From: Escherichia phage ECO4
Sequence record: NC_054911.1
Length of the DNA: 64,000 bases
Reading direction: 5' to 3' (one strand)
Positions within the stretch are counted from its first letter, which is position 1, and each line of letters begins with the position of its first letter. A model generated the notes under the pieces. That model was not told the DNA's origin. It did no database searches and saw only the letters and a list, made by a program, of their open reading frames with translations. This document shows, piece after piece, positions 28,385 to 37,705 of the stretch. The position numbers were made by a program, and so were the translations under genes.

Positions 28385-29290
28385 TTAAGATTTAAGTAAA
28401 TCGACAATTTTAATTAACTTTTCACGCTCAGATTTAGCTTTACTACTCAATCCAGATAGTCTGAAAATTTCATCATCATATTGTTGAATAGAAACATTCA
28501 GCTCTTCAATCTGTTTATTAAAATAATCAATTTGTTCAAAATGTTTTTCGTTACTATGAACTGGTACAGGTTTTGTAGGCAATGTAGTTGAACTGGATTC
28601 ATCCGGGCGATAAATTAAAATACAACTTGAACCAATAGGGCATTTTGCACCAGATGAATATTCTAATGTTCCAGATTCTTTTAAAACTTCAAAAGCTAAA
28701 CAGAGATGATGCCCCATATTAACATAATCTGTAGAGTGAGCTCTGATGTAATAATCATCGCCACGAGTACTAAATTTAAAGCATTTAAGGTCTTCTGTAT
28801 TATTAGTCTTAAAAATCATTTGTTTATCTAGACCTTTAGCTAATCGAGCGCCTAATGCTAATAATCGTCTTTGATTTTCCCACAAATCCGCAATCATTTG
28901 ATCGAATGATAATTTTGGCATTAGTCGACCATAAAGGTCATATCCTTTATTATAATTACGAAGGATTTCACTCGCGTTAATACGAGACAATGCTCCAATT
29001 TTATTAAGGGCTTTCATAATGCGATTAGATAAACTCATTCCAGACCCATTTGTTCGCTGCAAATGTTTTTCTAATCCAAATCCAATATCAACTTTAAACT
29101 TATCTAAAATTTCTGCATGAACATCTCTGTCAATAACATTCAAATCCAAAGTTGGGTTAAATCTATGAAAAAATTTATCCGGCTCTCCACGGCGAAATAC
29201 AGTCCATTCATTCATCATTTTTTTATTAACTAAAGATTTAATTACTGCATTGACATTATTAATTACTACTGACATATTTTCCTCACTCAA
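28385..29290 (-). CDS. hypothetical protein with C-terminal coiled coil
   Basis: 301 aa ORF. Confidence 0.55.
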   Translation of the reverse strand: MSEENMSVVINNVNAVIKSLVNKKMMNEWTVFRRGEPDKFFHRFNPTLDLNVIDRDVHAEILDKFKVDIGFGLEKHLQRTNGSGMSLSNRIMKALNKIGALSRINASEILRNYNKGYDLYGRLMPKLSFDQMIADLWENQRRLLALGARLAKGLDKQMIFKTNNTEDLKCFKFSTRGDDYYIRAHSTDYVNMGHHLCLAFEVLKESGTLEYSSGAKCPIGSSCILIYRPDESSSTTLPTKPVPVHSNEKHFEQIDYFNKQIEELNVSIQQYDDEIFRLSGLSSKAKSEREKLIKIVDLLKS

Positions 29291-29684
29291 TTTTACTAAT
29301 TACGCGAAATAAGATTGAACAGACTATATAAGTACCGCATATAGACTGAACTAATGCCATTCCAAAGAACCAAATAATATTATCAAACCATGTCTGTTTT
29401 ACGTCGAAAGGACGTAAACTTACAGTAATATTATCACCTTTTTCTATTGAAGAATACATCTCTGGGGAAATATATTCACTAAATCTATAACCGTCTTTGA
29501 GTTCATATACGGCAATAAACGATAAACTAGACCCTTTTCCTTGTGTTCCTGTAATGGTATTAACTACAGTAACATCATAATCTTTATAATGCATATAATC
29601 ATTAATTGCGTAATAACCATATGCAATTACTACACATAAACAACATATCAATAAATTCAATCTTTTAATTATCAACTGTTTCAT
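29283..29684 (-). CDS. membrane protein
   Basis: 133 aa with N- and C-terminal hydrophobic helices. Confidence 0.5.
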   Translation of the reverse strand: MKQLIIKRLNLLICCLCVVIAYGYYAINDYMHYKDYDVTVVNTITGTQGKGSSLSFIAVYELKDGYRFSEYISPEMYSSIEKGDNITVSLRPFDVKQTWFDNIIWFFGMALVQSICGTYIVCSILFRVISKIE

Positions 29685-29739
29685 AATAATCTCAATTAAA
29701 AGGGCTTAGAACCATTATACCATCCTTGGTATAAAGCGG

Positions 29740-30267
29740 TTATGCGAGTACCGTCTTTAACCGTTCTTCAAACTTCCGAAGAGTATTTTGGCGTTCAGCT
29801 CTTTGCTTTTTGTAAGTTTCAATACGCTCTGAAATGAGAGTGTATCGTTCATTTACTGATTCTTTCATAAAATCAGGAATTTGACGAGAAGCTTTAATCT
29901 CGTCAAATTTATCAATAACAGCTTGCTCTTCAGCAATTAAGTTATCATACATTAAAATATCTTTCTTGATGAACTCAATATCTTCTTGAGTTACACGAGA
30001 TAATTTAGATGCTTTATCCTTTTTGTACTGTTCGTTAGTATCACGAGACCAGTGTAATGTACGATTTTTATTCGTATTCTTATAAATTTCTACAATACCA
30101 ATCTCATCAATAATAACGATCCAATTCCAACGGGATTTGTAAATTTGTCCTCCATCAACAGTGATTTCACCTCCGATTGAGATGTCATTAAAGAACTTGC
30201 TTTGTGCTTCAGATTTAAATTTACCATCGTTGTAATTTACCAAGTTGAAAATATCTTTAGCGTTCAT
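29740..30267 (-). CDS. hypothetical protein
   Basis: 175 aa, RBS GGAGGAA, directly downstream of early promoter. Confidence 0.55.
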   Translation of the reverse strand: MNAKDIFNLVNYNDGKFKSEAQSKFFNDISIGGEITVDGGQIYKSRWNWIVIIDEIGIVEIYKNTNKNRTLHWSRDTNEQYKKDKASKLSRVTQEDIEFIKKDILMYDNLIAEEQAVIDKFDEIKASRQIPDFMKESVNERYTLISERIETYKKQRAERQNTLRKFEERLKTVLA

Positions 30268-30295
30268 TTTCTGTTCCTCCGTAGTTGATAGTTGT

Positions 30296-30325
30296 ATAGT
30301 ACCACAGAGGAACAGTCTTGTAAAC
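30296..30325 (-). promoter_or_regulatory. early promoter, GTTTAC-18nt-TACTAT
   Basis: Upstream of ORF 29740-30267. Confidence 0.7.
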
Positions 30326-30327
30326 CA

Positions 30328-30642
30328 CTAAAAGAAACTTCTTTCACAATTTTTTCCACTGAACCAGGCGCTCACTGCTTTCTTGGTCTCAGGAGCAGTG
30401 TTATCCATAAACCATTCAAAGGCAGCCTTTTTATGATTCTGGAGGGCTTCTCGGGCTTTAATCTGCTCACGGTCTATTAACACTAACATATGAGCCTTTC
30501 TTGTCACCATGGGCTTCTTATGATTTTTTGAATACTCCCAGTCATTTGTCCATCGCATTGTTGTTGCGAACTGAAATACTGCTTCTTTAATTTTAGTTTC
30601 GTAAATTTCACGAGCCTTTGAGTATAACATCACTACCTCCAT
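30328..30642 (-). CDS. hypothetical protein
   Basis: 104 aa ORF. Confidence 0.5.
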   Translation of the reverse strand: MEVVMLYSKAREIYETKIKEAVFQFATTMRWTNDWEYSKNHKKPMVTRKAHMLVLIDREQIKAREALQNHKKAAFEWFMDNTAPETKKAVSAWFSGKNCERSFF

Positions 30643-30731
30643 TCATCAGTTTAATTCTAGTCATCTTTTTAATGGCAGTCCATATAATCTATTTCTGAAC
30701 TGCCTTTTTGTCATAGAAGTCCTCTTATGAA

Positions 30732-31700
30732 TTATTTCAAAAGAGTAACCTCAGCAATTTCTTCCCAACCGTTTTTGTCGGTCATAATAAAGTCAGCAAG
30801 ATAAAGAGCAGTACGCAGTGAAACATTGCGTAAACGATTAACATTAACTTTCATCCATGATAATGCTTTATAAGTTTCTTCATCAGAAAGACCGCGCTTT
30901 TGCATCATGTCAGTTGAAAGAATAACATCTTCAACCCTGACCATAATTTCTTCATTAGTGTGAACACCCAAATCTAAATAAACCGAGCGGGACACTAATG
31001 CTTGTAAATGTGGAGCAAGTTTAGTACCACGGTCTAATTCGCGGTCAATGTCAACGTTTGTGATAAAAACAATCGTTCCTTTAAATTCAAACTCACGCTC
31101 AATGCCTTTTTCTTCTAAGTAAGAAGACGCAGTGCTCCAGCAGACTTTACGGGTCTCTCCAGTGTCCAGAGCGGCTTTTAGAAGATTAAGAATGTCCATA
31201 TCAGAGAAAACATCTACATCATCAATCAAAAGGACAGAATTCTCTTCACGATTATTCCAAAGCTGCTCATAAAGACCAATACCAGAGATTTTACCATTAA
31301 TGCTTTTATATTCAATGTATCCAATATCATTTGCTTTATTTAAAGCTTTATCTAAAGAATACGTTTTACCAATACCTGCTGCGCCAGAGATAATTAATGA
31401 ACGAATATTTCCGTTAATAATACCATTCGTCATCATTCCCATAACATTAAATCTTTTATTAATGCGGGTTTTCATATCTTCATATGATTCTTTAACTTCT
31501 TCAACTTTTACACCATCATATGAAATATCTGATTTGTAAACCCAAACACCGCGACGTTTACCGTCAATTTCAACAAAAACTTTACCATCTCCTTGTGCAT
31601 CTACCGGAGCATTATCTGGGAACCATTCGCCTAAGAGCTCAAAAGTTCCAGAGATTTCTTTACCGAAGTAGATACCCTTATTGATAGTTACAGTTTTCAT
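30732..31700 (-). CDS. P-loop ATPase
   Basis: Walker A GAAGIGKT and Walker B LLIDDVDVF; ATG 31700 with GGAG RBS; downstream of early promoter; track start is TTG artefact. Confidence 0.6.
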   Translation of the reverse strand: MKTVTINKGIYFGKEISGTFELLGEWFPDNAPVDAQGDGKVFVEIDGKRRGVWVYKSDISYDGVKVEEVKESYEDMKTRINKRFNVMGMMTNGIINGNIRSLIISGAAGIGKTYSLDKALNKANDIGYIEYKSINGKISGIGLYEQLWNNREENSVLLIDDVDVFSDMDILNLLKAALDTGETRKVCWSTASSYLEEKGIEREFEFKGTIVFITNVDIDRELDRGTKLAPHLQALVSRSVYLDLGVHTNEEIMVRVEDVILSTDMMQKRGLSDEETYKALSWMKVNVNRLRNVSLRTALYLADFIMTDKNGWEEIAEVTLLK

Positions 31701-31734
31701 TTTATTCTCCAAATCCGTATCAGTTGATAGTTGT

Positions 31735-31764
31735 ATAGTACCATAAAGCTTTATGCTTGTAAAC
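31735..31764 (-). promoter_or_regulatory. early promoter, GTTTAC-18nt-TACTAT
   Basis: Upstream of ATPase gene 30732-31700. Confidence 0.7.
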
Positions 31765-31779
31765 CGTTTTGTGAAAAAA

Positions 31780-31812
31780 TTTTGAAATAAAAAAGGGAGC
31801 CCGAAGGCTCCC
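31780..31812 (-). terminator. intrinsic terminator (UUCG-loop hairpin plus U-tract)
   Basis: GGGAGCC-UUCG-GGCUCCC followed by UUUUUUAUUUC. Confidence 0.65.
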
Positions 31813-31814
31813 TA

Positions 31815-32828
31815 TCATTTATAATAACTTCGATGGTTTTCAAGATAAACCCTCTCAAGGAAGTCATCCCAGAAACCCATGTCTACTTTTTGCTGCATAC
31901 CGTTCTTAGAAGCTTCAATGGATGCTGCTTCTACTTGATCGACCACATCTTCCAAAAACTCTTGAACAGTTTTAAATGGATGTTTACCCAACTTCACGTC
32001 GAGAATAAATGGAGCGTCTTGAAGTGGATAGACTAAGTCACCAGTTTTGTAAATTTCCAATAGTTGGAGTCCACCACGGCAAGCATGACTCAGAGCTTTC
32101 CAGTCAATGCCCTCATTCGCTTCAGCCTTACGAGCACGTTCGCCGTATTCAGCATCAAGTTTATTCAAAGACTGCTTAAGCTCAATAAGAGAAAGCGTTG
32201 TTTGATATTTACGACCCAACACAGTGTAGAACGTTTGTGGACCTGTTTTCTCATGATTATGGAATACCCATTCACAGAATTCGTTCTCTGGAAGACGATG
32301 CTTAATATCTTCAACTTTAGTTCGACGCTGCTTAATGGAACCGTCTTCTTGGTAATCAACCCATTGCTCAGGGATTTGATTAACTACTTTCAACACATCA
32401 CGTAATGCGGCCAAACGAGAACCCTTAACACCGTATTTAGAAGCTTGCTTGCGAACATATCCTAAGTAGGATTTCATGTTGGTCGTATAAAAACGAGAAC
32501 GGTTGTCTTGAATAAACTTCCATACATCAGGCAAATCAGATTTAACTACTAGTTCCGGTGGAGTGTGGAGCATATCCAATGCTACAGTTTCACCATCTGC
32601 TGCTAATTTAAAGAAATACTTAAGACTGTATAGTTCATGGTCAATATCATCTTTAGTGTTTTTAGATGATGTGTTGTTAGTGTTTTTACTCATATGCTCT
32701 TTAACATTTCCAATAAGAATATCGCGAGCAGGAGGAACAAAGATTTCTTTAAAATCTACATCAGATTCTGGAGTAGAAGTTCCATAAAGATGACTACCAA
32801 AATAGCTTTTCATTACTGTTTTCATCAT
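31815..32828 (-). CDS. putative Pol-beta-superfamily nucleotidyltransferase-fold protein
   Basis: N-terminal GSHLYGTSTPESDVD (G-S-x10-D-x-D) followed by DIDHE acidic motif. Confidence 0.5.
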   Translation of the reverse strand: MMKTVMKSYFGSHLYGTSTPESDVDFKEIFVPPARDILIGNVKEHMSKNTNNTSSKNTKDDIDHELYSLKYFFKLAADGETVALDMLHTPPELVVKSDLPDVWKFIQDNRSRFYTTNMKSYLGYVRKQASKYGVKGSRLAALRDVLKVVNQIPEQWVDYQEDGSIKQRRTKVEDIKHRLPENEFCEWVFHNHEKTGPQTFYTVLGRKYQTTLSLIELKQSLNKLDAEYGERARKAEANEGIDWKALSHACRGGLQLLEIYKTGDLVYPLQDAPFILDVKLGKHPFKTVQEFLEDVVDQVEAASIEASKNGMQQKVDMGFWDDFLERVYLENHRSYYK

Positions 32829-33286
32829 TCAGCCTTATATTCAATAACAGGACATACTTTAGCTTTACGAGCTTTTAAAAATTCAACGATAATCGATTTC
32901 TTGGGTTGAATAGGAGGTAAACCTTTATACGCTCTATCAATATTTTCTACGTGTAAAGCATAATCCTTTTTCCATTTATAATCTTTATATTTTTCACGCA
33001 AATGTGCAGGAATAACAAATGAACAGATAATAAGTAAAACAACCAAAAGCGCAAGTATAAATGCCGATGGAAGAAGAGTCCATAAACTACCAAAAATAAG
33101 CCAACGTTGTAAACTTTCTGCACAGATAATTGTTAGCCCTACGAGTATAGCACATCCAAAAATAGAAACGAAAAATGTAGGAATGGCAATAGACCAAAAA
33201 TATGCGCATAGTGTCTTAGGTCGTTGCCATTCATCGTTAAACAATTTGAATAATTTATAGTGCCAAGAGTTTTCATTAATAATCAT
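32825..33286 (-). CDS. membrane protein
   Basis: 153 aa with multiple hydrophobic segments. Confidence 0.5.
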   Translation of the reverse strand: MIINENSWHYKLFKLFNDEWQRPKTLCAYFWSIAIPTFFVSIFGCAILVGLTIICAESLQRWLIFGSLWTLLPSAFILALLVVLLIICSFVIPAHLREKYKDYKWKKDYALHVENIDRAYKGLPPIQPKKSIIVEFLKARKAKVCPVIEYKAE

Positions 33287-33288
33287 AA

Positions 33289-33540
33289 TTATCCTTTCAT
33301 TGAAGGCGTAACGGTTGTTAAATACTTAATCATAGCTTCAGCTTCTGATTTTGACAATGAAATTTCTCCATTGTTTTGACGAATAGAAATAAAATCCGGA
33401 TGACGGTCACCACCAGCTTTTAAAACACACATATAAGTATCAGTTTCGCCTTCAATATTTGAAATGATTGAAGCAGTTCCACATGAATGCGGTTTTTGAT
33501 AAATCAATACAGCTTTTCTTCCGCCATTTGGACTGCTCAT
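33289..33540 (-). CDS. hypothetical protein
   Basis: 83 aa ORF; overlaps upstream ORF by 89 nt (possible frame break). Confidence 0.4.
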   Translation of the reverse strand: MSSPNGGRKAVLIYQKPHSCGTASIISNIEGETDTYMCVLKAGGDRHPDFISIRQNNGEISLSKSEAEAMIKYLTTVTPSMKG

Positions 33541-33811
33541 AGGCTTTTAATACATCAAACAAATCAGTTCTTTTATCAATAGCTAAAATGTTATTTTCAT
33601 CTTCAATGTTAAATCCTTCGGATACTTCATAAAGTGTCACCCATAAATCGCCAATATCAATAACAGCGTTCACTTTTCCATGACTTTCAAGAGCATGACA
33701 AATTTTCTTGATTTCGTCATAACTCATTTTAATAATATCATCTCCTTGAATAAGAAAGATGTCATTTTTAAATTCAACACGAATTAAACCACTTCCACTT
33801 GAAATAAACAT
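33452..33811 (-). CDS. hypothetical protein
   Basis: 119 aa, RBS GAGGAAA; C-terminal 25 aa look non-coding. Confidence 0.45.
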   Translation of the reverse strand: MFISSGSGLIRVEFKNDIFLIQGDDIIKMSYDEIKKICHALESHGKVNAVIDIGDLWVTLYEVSEGFNIEDENNILAIDKRTDLFDVLKAYEQSKWRKKSCIDLSKTAFMWNCFNHFKY

Positions 33812-34032
33812 ATTTCCTCACTTTGAAATCATAGTTGGAATGACAGAATCAAGATAAGTCTTTAGCGCAATAGCTTCGTCTTTGGTAAATGTGACAATAT
33901 GTGATCGAAAATCGTCAATTTGGCGAATAGTTAAGACATCTCCCTCTTCATAACATTTTGATACATTTAAAAGAGTTTCATCATTCTGATTGCAAGCGTT
34001 AGTAATAATAGCATTGCAATTTTTGAGCCATT

Positions 34033-34371
34033 TTAAACTATGTTTTCTTTCATTAGAATAATAAAATATTTAATCTTAGCTATAAAACTATCCCAATGGA
34101 TAACTGATAAACACATTGACTCGCTTTTAATATTAAATCCTGGGCATGAAGAATAAAAATGAATTTTATGCTCATCATTAATGCTTACAATTTTATCAGT
34201 GTAAGCATATTCAATTTGAGTTAAACGAACAATTTCACTAGGTGTAAAATACAGCATATCGTCTTCTTGCGTCAAACGATACATATTATTTACTTTTTCT
34301 ATAGCCAATTCACCAAAAAGTGGACTAACTTCTAATACTAATCGTTTCATATTAATCCTTTTTATTGGCAC
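34033..34371 (-). CDS. hypothetical protein (possible frame break near 3' end)
   Basis: 112 aa ORF; a start-less 83-codon open frame continues downstream to 33818. Confidence 0.45.
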   Translation of the reverse strand: MPIKRINMKRLVLEVSPLFGELAIEKVNNMYRLTQEDDMLYFTPSEIVRLTQIEYAYTDKIVSINDEHKIHFYSSCPGFNIKSESMCLSVIHWDSFIAKIKYFIILMKENIV

Positions 34372-34630
34372 GAATTTGTTCTAAAATTTTAGAGTATTCC
34401 TTTGTATCAGATTTACGTACAATCGATACACTATACGGCATACTATCGGTGTCTTTTATAAAGCGTTCCAAATGACATTCTAATAAAATTTCTGGATTAT
34501 AAATCGTGTACATCAAATTACCTGTTGCTCCACGATATTGACAGATTTCTACTGATTGAACACCATTCCATAATTTTGTTAAGACCAAATCACCTACTTC
34601 TAATTTAGGAAAGCCCATGTTATTCACCAA
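34352..34630 (-). CDS. hypothetical protein
   Basis: 92 aa ORF. Confidence 0.45.
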   Translation of the reverse strand: MVNNMGFPKLEVGDLVLTKLWNGVQSVEICQYRGATGNLMYTIYNPEILLECHLERFIKDTDSMPYSVSIVRKSDTKEYSKILEQIRANKKD

Positions 34631-34805
34631 TTAAAGTTTCAATATAAGAATCAAGATTTACTTTAGCTTCTTCCATAAGAGTTTTGTATTTAATCTTGTT
34701 GGCATGTCCGGAGAAAGCTGATTCATCAATAATTGTTGATGTATGAACAGCTTTACTATACGTCTCAATTAATTCTCTTAATTTAAAAGCCTGCTCACTT
34801 GTCAT
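34620..34805 (-). CDS. hypothetical protein
   Basis: 61 aa ORF. Confidence 0.4.
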   Translation of the reverse strand: MTSEQAFKLRELIETYSKAVHTSTIIDESAFSGHANKIKYKTLMEEAKVNLDSYIETLIGE

Positions 34806-34937
34806 TACATACTCCTCTGAATCATATCAATAATGTTGTTCACCAGATTATAAGTAAACATTGGGTAATTATATTGAATCATCACATACACAACAAACAA
34901 AACTTTCATTCTCTTCTCCTTGGCAGTTGACAAGATT

Positions 34938-34967
34938 ACTATACCATAACCTTGTCAACTTGTAAAC
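34938..34967 (-). promoter_or_regulatory. early promoter, GTTTAC-18nt-TATAGT
   Basis: Upstream of small ORFs near 34900. Confidence 0.6.
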
Positions 34968-34969
34968 CA

Positions 34970-35143
34970 TTAAATGACGTTTTCGATAAAATTCTGAAGC
35001 TTTGTATGAGCATCAACCATGATTTTCATTTCTTCTTTGGCAAAAGCTGTGCCTCTTTCACGAGAAGAACATTCATAGTCAGAAACTGCATTAGCATATT
35101 CTTCAATTAGCTTCATTAAAAACATCTGCTTTTCAGTTTTCAT
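34970..35143 (-). CDS. small hypothetical protein (57 aa)
   Basis: ATG with RBS GGTGGAA; below ORF-track size cutoff. Confidence 0.35.
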   Translation of the reverse strand: MKTEKQMFLMKLIEEYANAVSDYECSSRERGTAFAKEEMKIMVDAHTKLQNFIENVI

Positions 35144-35327
35144 TATTCCACCTAATCATTTCAAGATATTGAACTAACTTAGCTTTAGATTTATCCAAAT
35201 CCTTTTTAGCTGTTGCTATACCTTCGTATGAATATCCTTCGCAATGCTCAACTGCTAATTGATATGAATCTATTTCAACATCGCGTGCTAATTTAATGAT
35301 TTTTTCAAACTGTTCGTGTGTTAGCAT
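35133..35327 (-). CDS. hypothetical protein
   Basis: 64 aa ORF. Confidence 0.45.
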   Translation of the reverse strand: MLTHEQFEKIIKLARDVEIDSYQLAVEHCEGYSYEGIATAKKDLDKSKAKLVQYLEMIRWNNEN

Positions 35328-35329
35328 AC

Positions 35330-35569
35330 TTAAACTCTCGTATTATGATCGATAATTTCATCAAGAAACATATCTAACGCTTCTAAAGCATTATCAACTT
35401 TAGCTTCAAAGTCTTTAATGCCTTTATTTGCAATGCCTGACGAAAACCAAGCAAAGTCACTAAGTTCCTCATCTGCTTTACGAATTAAAGCTACCAATTC
35501 CTTAATTTTATCCGCTTGTTCGATACTAATCATTATTCCACCACATATGAAAGAGAGAATATTGCACAT
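35330..35569 (-). CDS. hypothetical protein
   Basis: 79 aa ORF. Confidence 0.45.
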
Positions 35570-35721
35570 GCCATGTGAGTTGCAACTTCATCACACATAT
35601 TATAACGTTTCTTAAGAAGTTCTACAAGTTCTTCACTGGTAACTTCATCCATGTCGACGAAAAAATCACCATTAATGATGACGTAGATATTTCCTTCTTG
35701 ATTAAGTGCTTCAATTTTCAT
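35533..35721 (-). CDS. hypothetical protein
   Basis: 62 aa from MKIEALNQ with RBS GAGGAGAA downstream of early promoter; track ORF over-extended through the promoter. Confidence 0.5.
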
Positions 35722-35749
35722 GATGTTCTCCTCTTTATCCGATGGTTGT

Positions 35750-35779
35750 ATAGTATCACAGCTCAAACGGAAAGTAAAC
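35750..35779 (-). promoter_or_regulatory. early promoter, GTTTAC-18nt-TACTAT
   Basis: Upstream of ORF 35533-35721. Confidence 0.7.
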
Positions 35780-35781
35780 CG

Positions 35782-35810
35782 GTAAAATGAAAAAGTCTCC
35801 CGAAGGAGAC
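35782..35810 (-). terminator. intrinsic terminator (UUCG-loop hairpin plus U-tract)
   Basis: GUCUCC-UUCG-GGAGAC followed by UUUUUCAUUUU. Confidence 0.65.
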
Positions 35811-35815
35811 TAATG

Positions 35816-36202
35816 TTATTCGAGGGAAAGAAGATACTTACTCTGGTAAAACATCCCAGTAATATCATCTATCGTGCTTTGAATGGCTGGAGGCATTTCT
35901 TTATAAATGCTGTTAGATTGGTCTAGTATGCGATCAATCATTTTAATTGTGTCGGTAGGAAGTTTACTGGCATCTGGAATTGAAGGCGTGTATTTTCTAC
36001 CAGAATACCCCAAATATTGCTCACCAAATTTATCAATCAAATCTGGCAATTCGGAGAAAATAAAATCGTATGCTTTGTGTCTAGCATAACTTTTAGTTTC
36101 AAAATGCGCAGAATGAAAATAAGCTTGTGCAGCCATTAATAAACCTAAGTATTCATCTGCCTTTGAAGGTTTTCCACTTTGTGAAAAGTCGCTGAATTTC
36201 AT
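35816..36202 (-). CDS. hypothetical protein (rI.-1 position)
   Basis: 128 aa ORF downstream of rI. Confidence 0.5.
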
Positions 36203-36492
36203 TCAGTCTCCAATTTAATGTTCATAATTCTAGCGTATGATTGTGCCATCTCCGCGCCTCGTTCTATACATTCAAAATCAGAAGAGCACGGGTCATTTTT
36301 ATAGGTCGTTCTCATAAAACTATAGAACTGTTCAGATGATTCTACGCTTTTATTTTCAAAAAGCATATAAACATGTCTAATACCAGATTCCATAAATTTA
36401 TCAAAATGAGGATCGACATTCGCTTCAATTGGTGGAGATAAAGCAAATGACAATCCTAGCATGGCAAATAGTGCCGTTGCTTTTAAGGCCAT
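36199..36492 (-). CDS. rI: lysis-inhibition regulator RI
   Basis: 97 aa MALKATALFAMLGLSFALSPPIEA signal-anchor; RBS AGGAGG; matches recalled T4 RI. Confidence 0.85.
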   Translation of the reverse strand: MALKATALFAMLGLSFALSPPIEANVDPHFDKFMESGIRHVYMLFENKSVESSEQFYSFMRTTYKNDPCSSDFECIERGAEMAQSYARIMNIKLETE

Positions 36493-36504
36493 AAAGGCCT
36501 CCTA

Positions 36505-36717
36505 TCATTTTTGTCCTGTATTTACTTTATGCCGATGCACGGCCTTAACTTTATCAAGGTATTTTTCAAAATTTCGCAATCTAGTATAGTCTGCCGGAGA
36601 TTGGTTGAGTGATACTTCTCGACGCAAAGCTGAAATGATATTTCCAACTTCCCTACGAATTTCATCTAATTGAAGCACAGTAAGATTGCGAAGTTGCTTT
36701 TCAGTTAATTGTAGCAT
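36505..36717 (-). CDS. hypothetical protein (rI.1 position)
   Basis: 70 aa ORF between tk and rI. Confidence 0.5.
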
Positions 36718-36759
36718 ATATACCCCTTTAGTTAGATAAACCTATTTATAACTTTTGCA

Positions 36760-37341
36760 CTAACCGAGCTTTTTAGTTAATTCATTCCAATGTTTTCTAC
36801 ACAAAGAAACATAAATTTCATCACCAATACAGATTTGATTACCTTCTTTAACTGGTGTTCCATCTTCCATTAATCGAGCTGTCATAATCGCTTTTTTGCC
36901 GCAATGACAAACTGCCTTTAGTTCAATAAGTTTATCTGCAATCGCTAAAAGTTCTTTAGAACCTTCAAACAATTTTCCAGCGAAATCAGTCCTTAATCCA
37001 TAAGCCATAACAGGAACATTATATGTATCAACAATTCGACTTAATTGATGCACCTGTTCAGTTTTTAAAAACTGAGCTTCATCTACAAATACGCAATGAA
37101 TATCTTTTTGTGCTTCAGCCCATTTATAGAACTCGAAAATATCCATATCATCTGTAATAATATTCGCTTCCTGTTTAATTCCAATGCGAGAAACAACTTC
37201 ACAGACAGAATCGCGAGTATCAATAGCAGGCTTAAGAACTAATACACTCATTCCACGTTCTTTATAATTATGTGCAGCAGTCAAAAGAGAAGCAGATTTT
37301 CCAGCATTCATTGCTGCATAAGTAAAAATTAAACTCGCCAT
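36760..37341 (-). CDS. tk: thymidine kinase
   Basis: 193 aa, P-loop AMNAGKS, C-terminal zinc cysteines; matches recalled T4 Tk. Confidence 0.93.
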   Translation of the reverse strand: MASLIFTYAAMNAGKSASLLTAAHNYKERGMSVLVLKPAIDTRDSVCEVVSRIGIKQEANIITDDMDIFEFYKWAEAQKDIHCVFVDEAQFLKTEQVHQLSRIVDTYNVPVMAYGLRTDFAGKLFEGSKELLAIADKLIELKAVCHCGKKAIMTARLMEDGTPVKEGNQICIGDEIYVSLCRKHWNELTKKLG

Positions 37342-37350
37342 ATCACCTTC

Positions 37351-37536
37351 TTAAAGCGTATTCACATAAGCTATTAATTCATTTTCTTTCTTATCAAACC
37401 GATCAGCAAATTCTTCCTGCTGTTCGGGAGATAGCGGGCCGTATTCATCATAAAAGGTGTTTGCTTCTGTATGCTCATCTAGAAGTTCATGGATAAGCTC
37501 AAACAATTTATCTTTTTGTTCTTTGCTTAGACTCAC
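37351..37536 (-). CDS. hypothetical protein
   Basis: 61 aa acidic ORF. Confidence 0.45.
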   Translation of the reverse strand: MSLSKEQKDKLFELIHELLDEHTEANTFYDEYGPLSPEQQEEFADRFDKKENELIAYVNTL

Positions 37537-37705
37537 AGTATGTCAATCCCCAAAAGTTTTAAAATGACTCGTTTCTGATTCATAACCGCTACGATTGAAT
37601 GACCGTTGTGGTCTTTTTGACCTGATCCAATTATAAATCCTTTTTGCGCAGAAAGTTCAATCAAAACATCAAGTTCACGTAATAATTGATATTTTAAATC
37701 ATCAT

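Noticed and set aside
35721-35868. N-terminal extension of ORF 35533-35868
   Set aside because: The extension reads through an early promoter and a terminator hairpin; the real start is the ATG at 35721 with an RBS.
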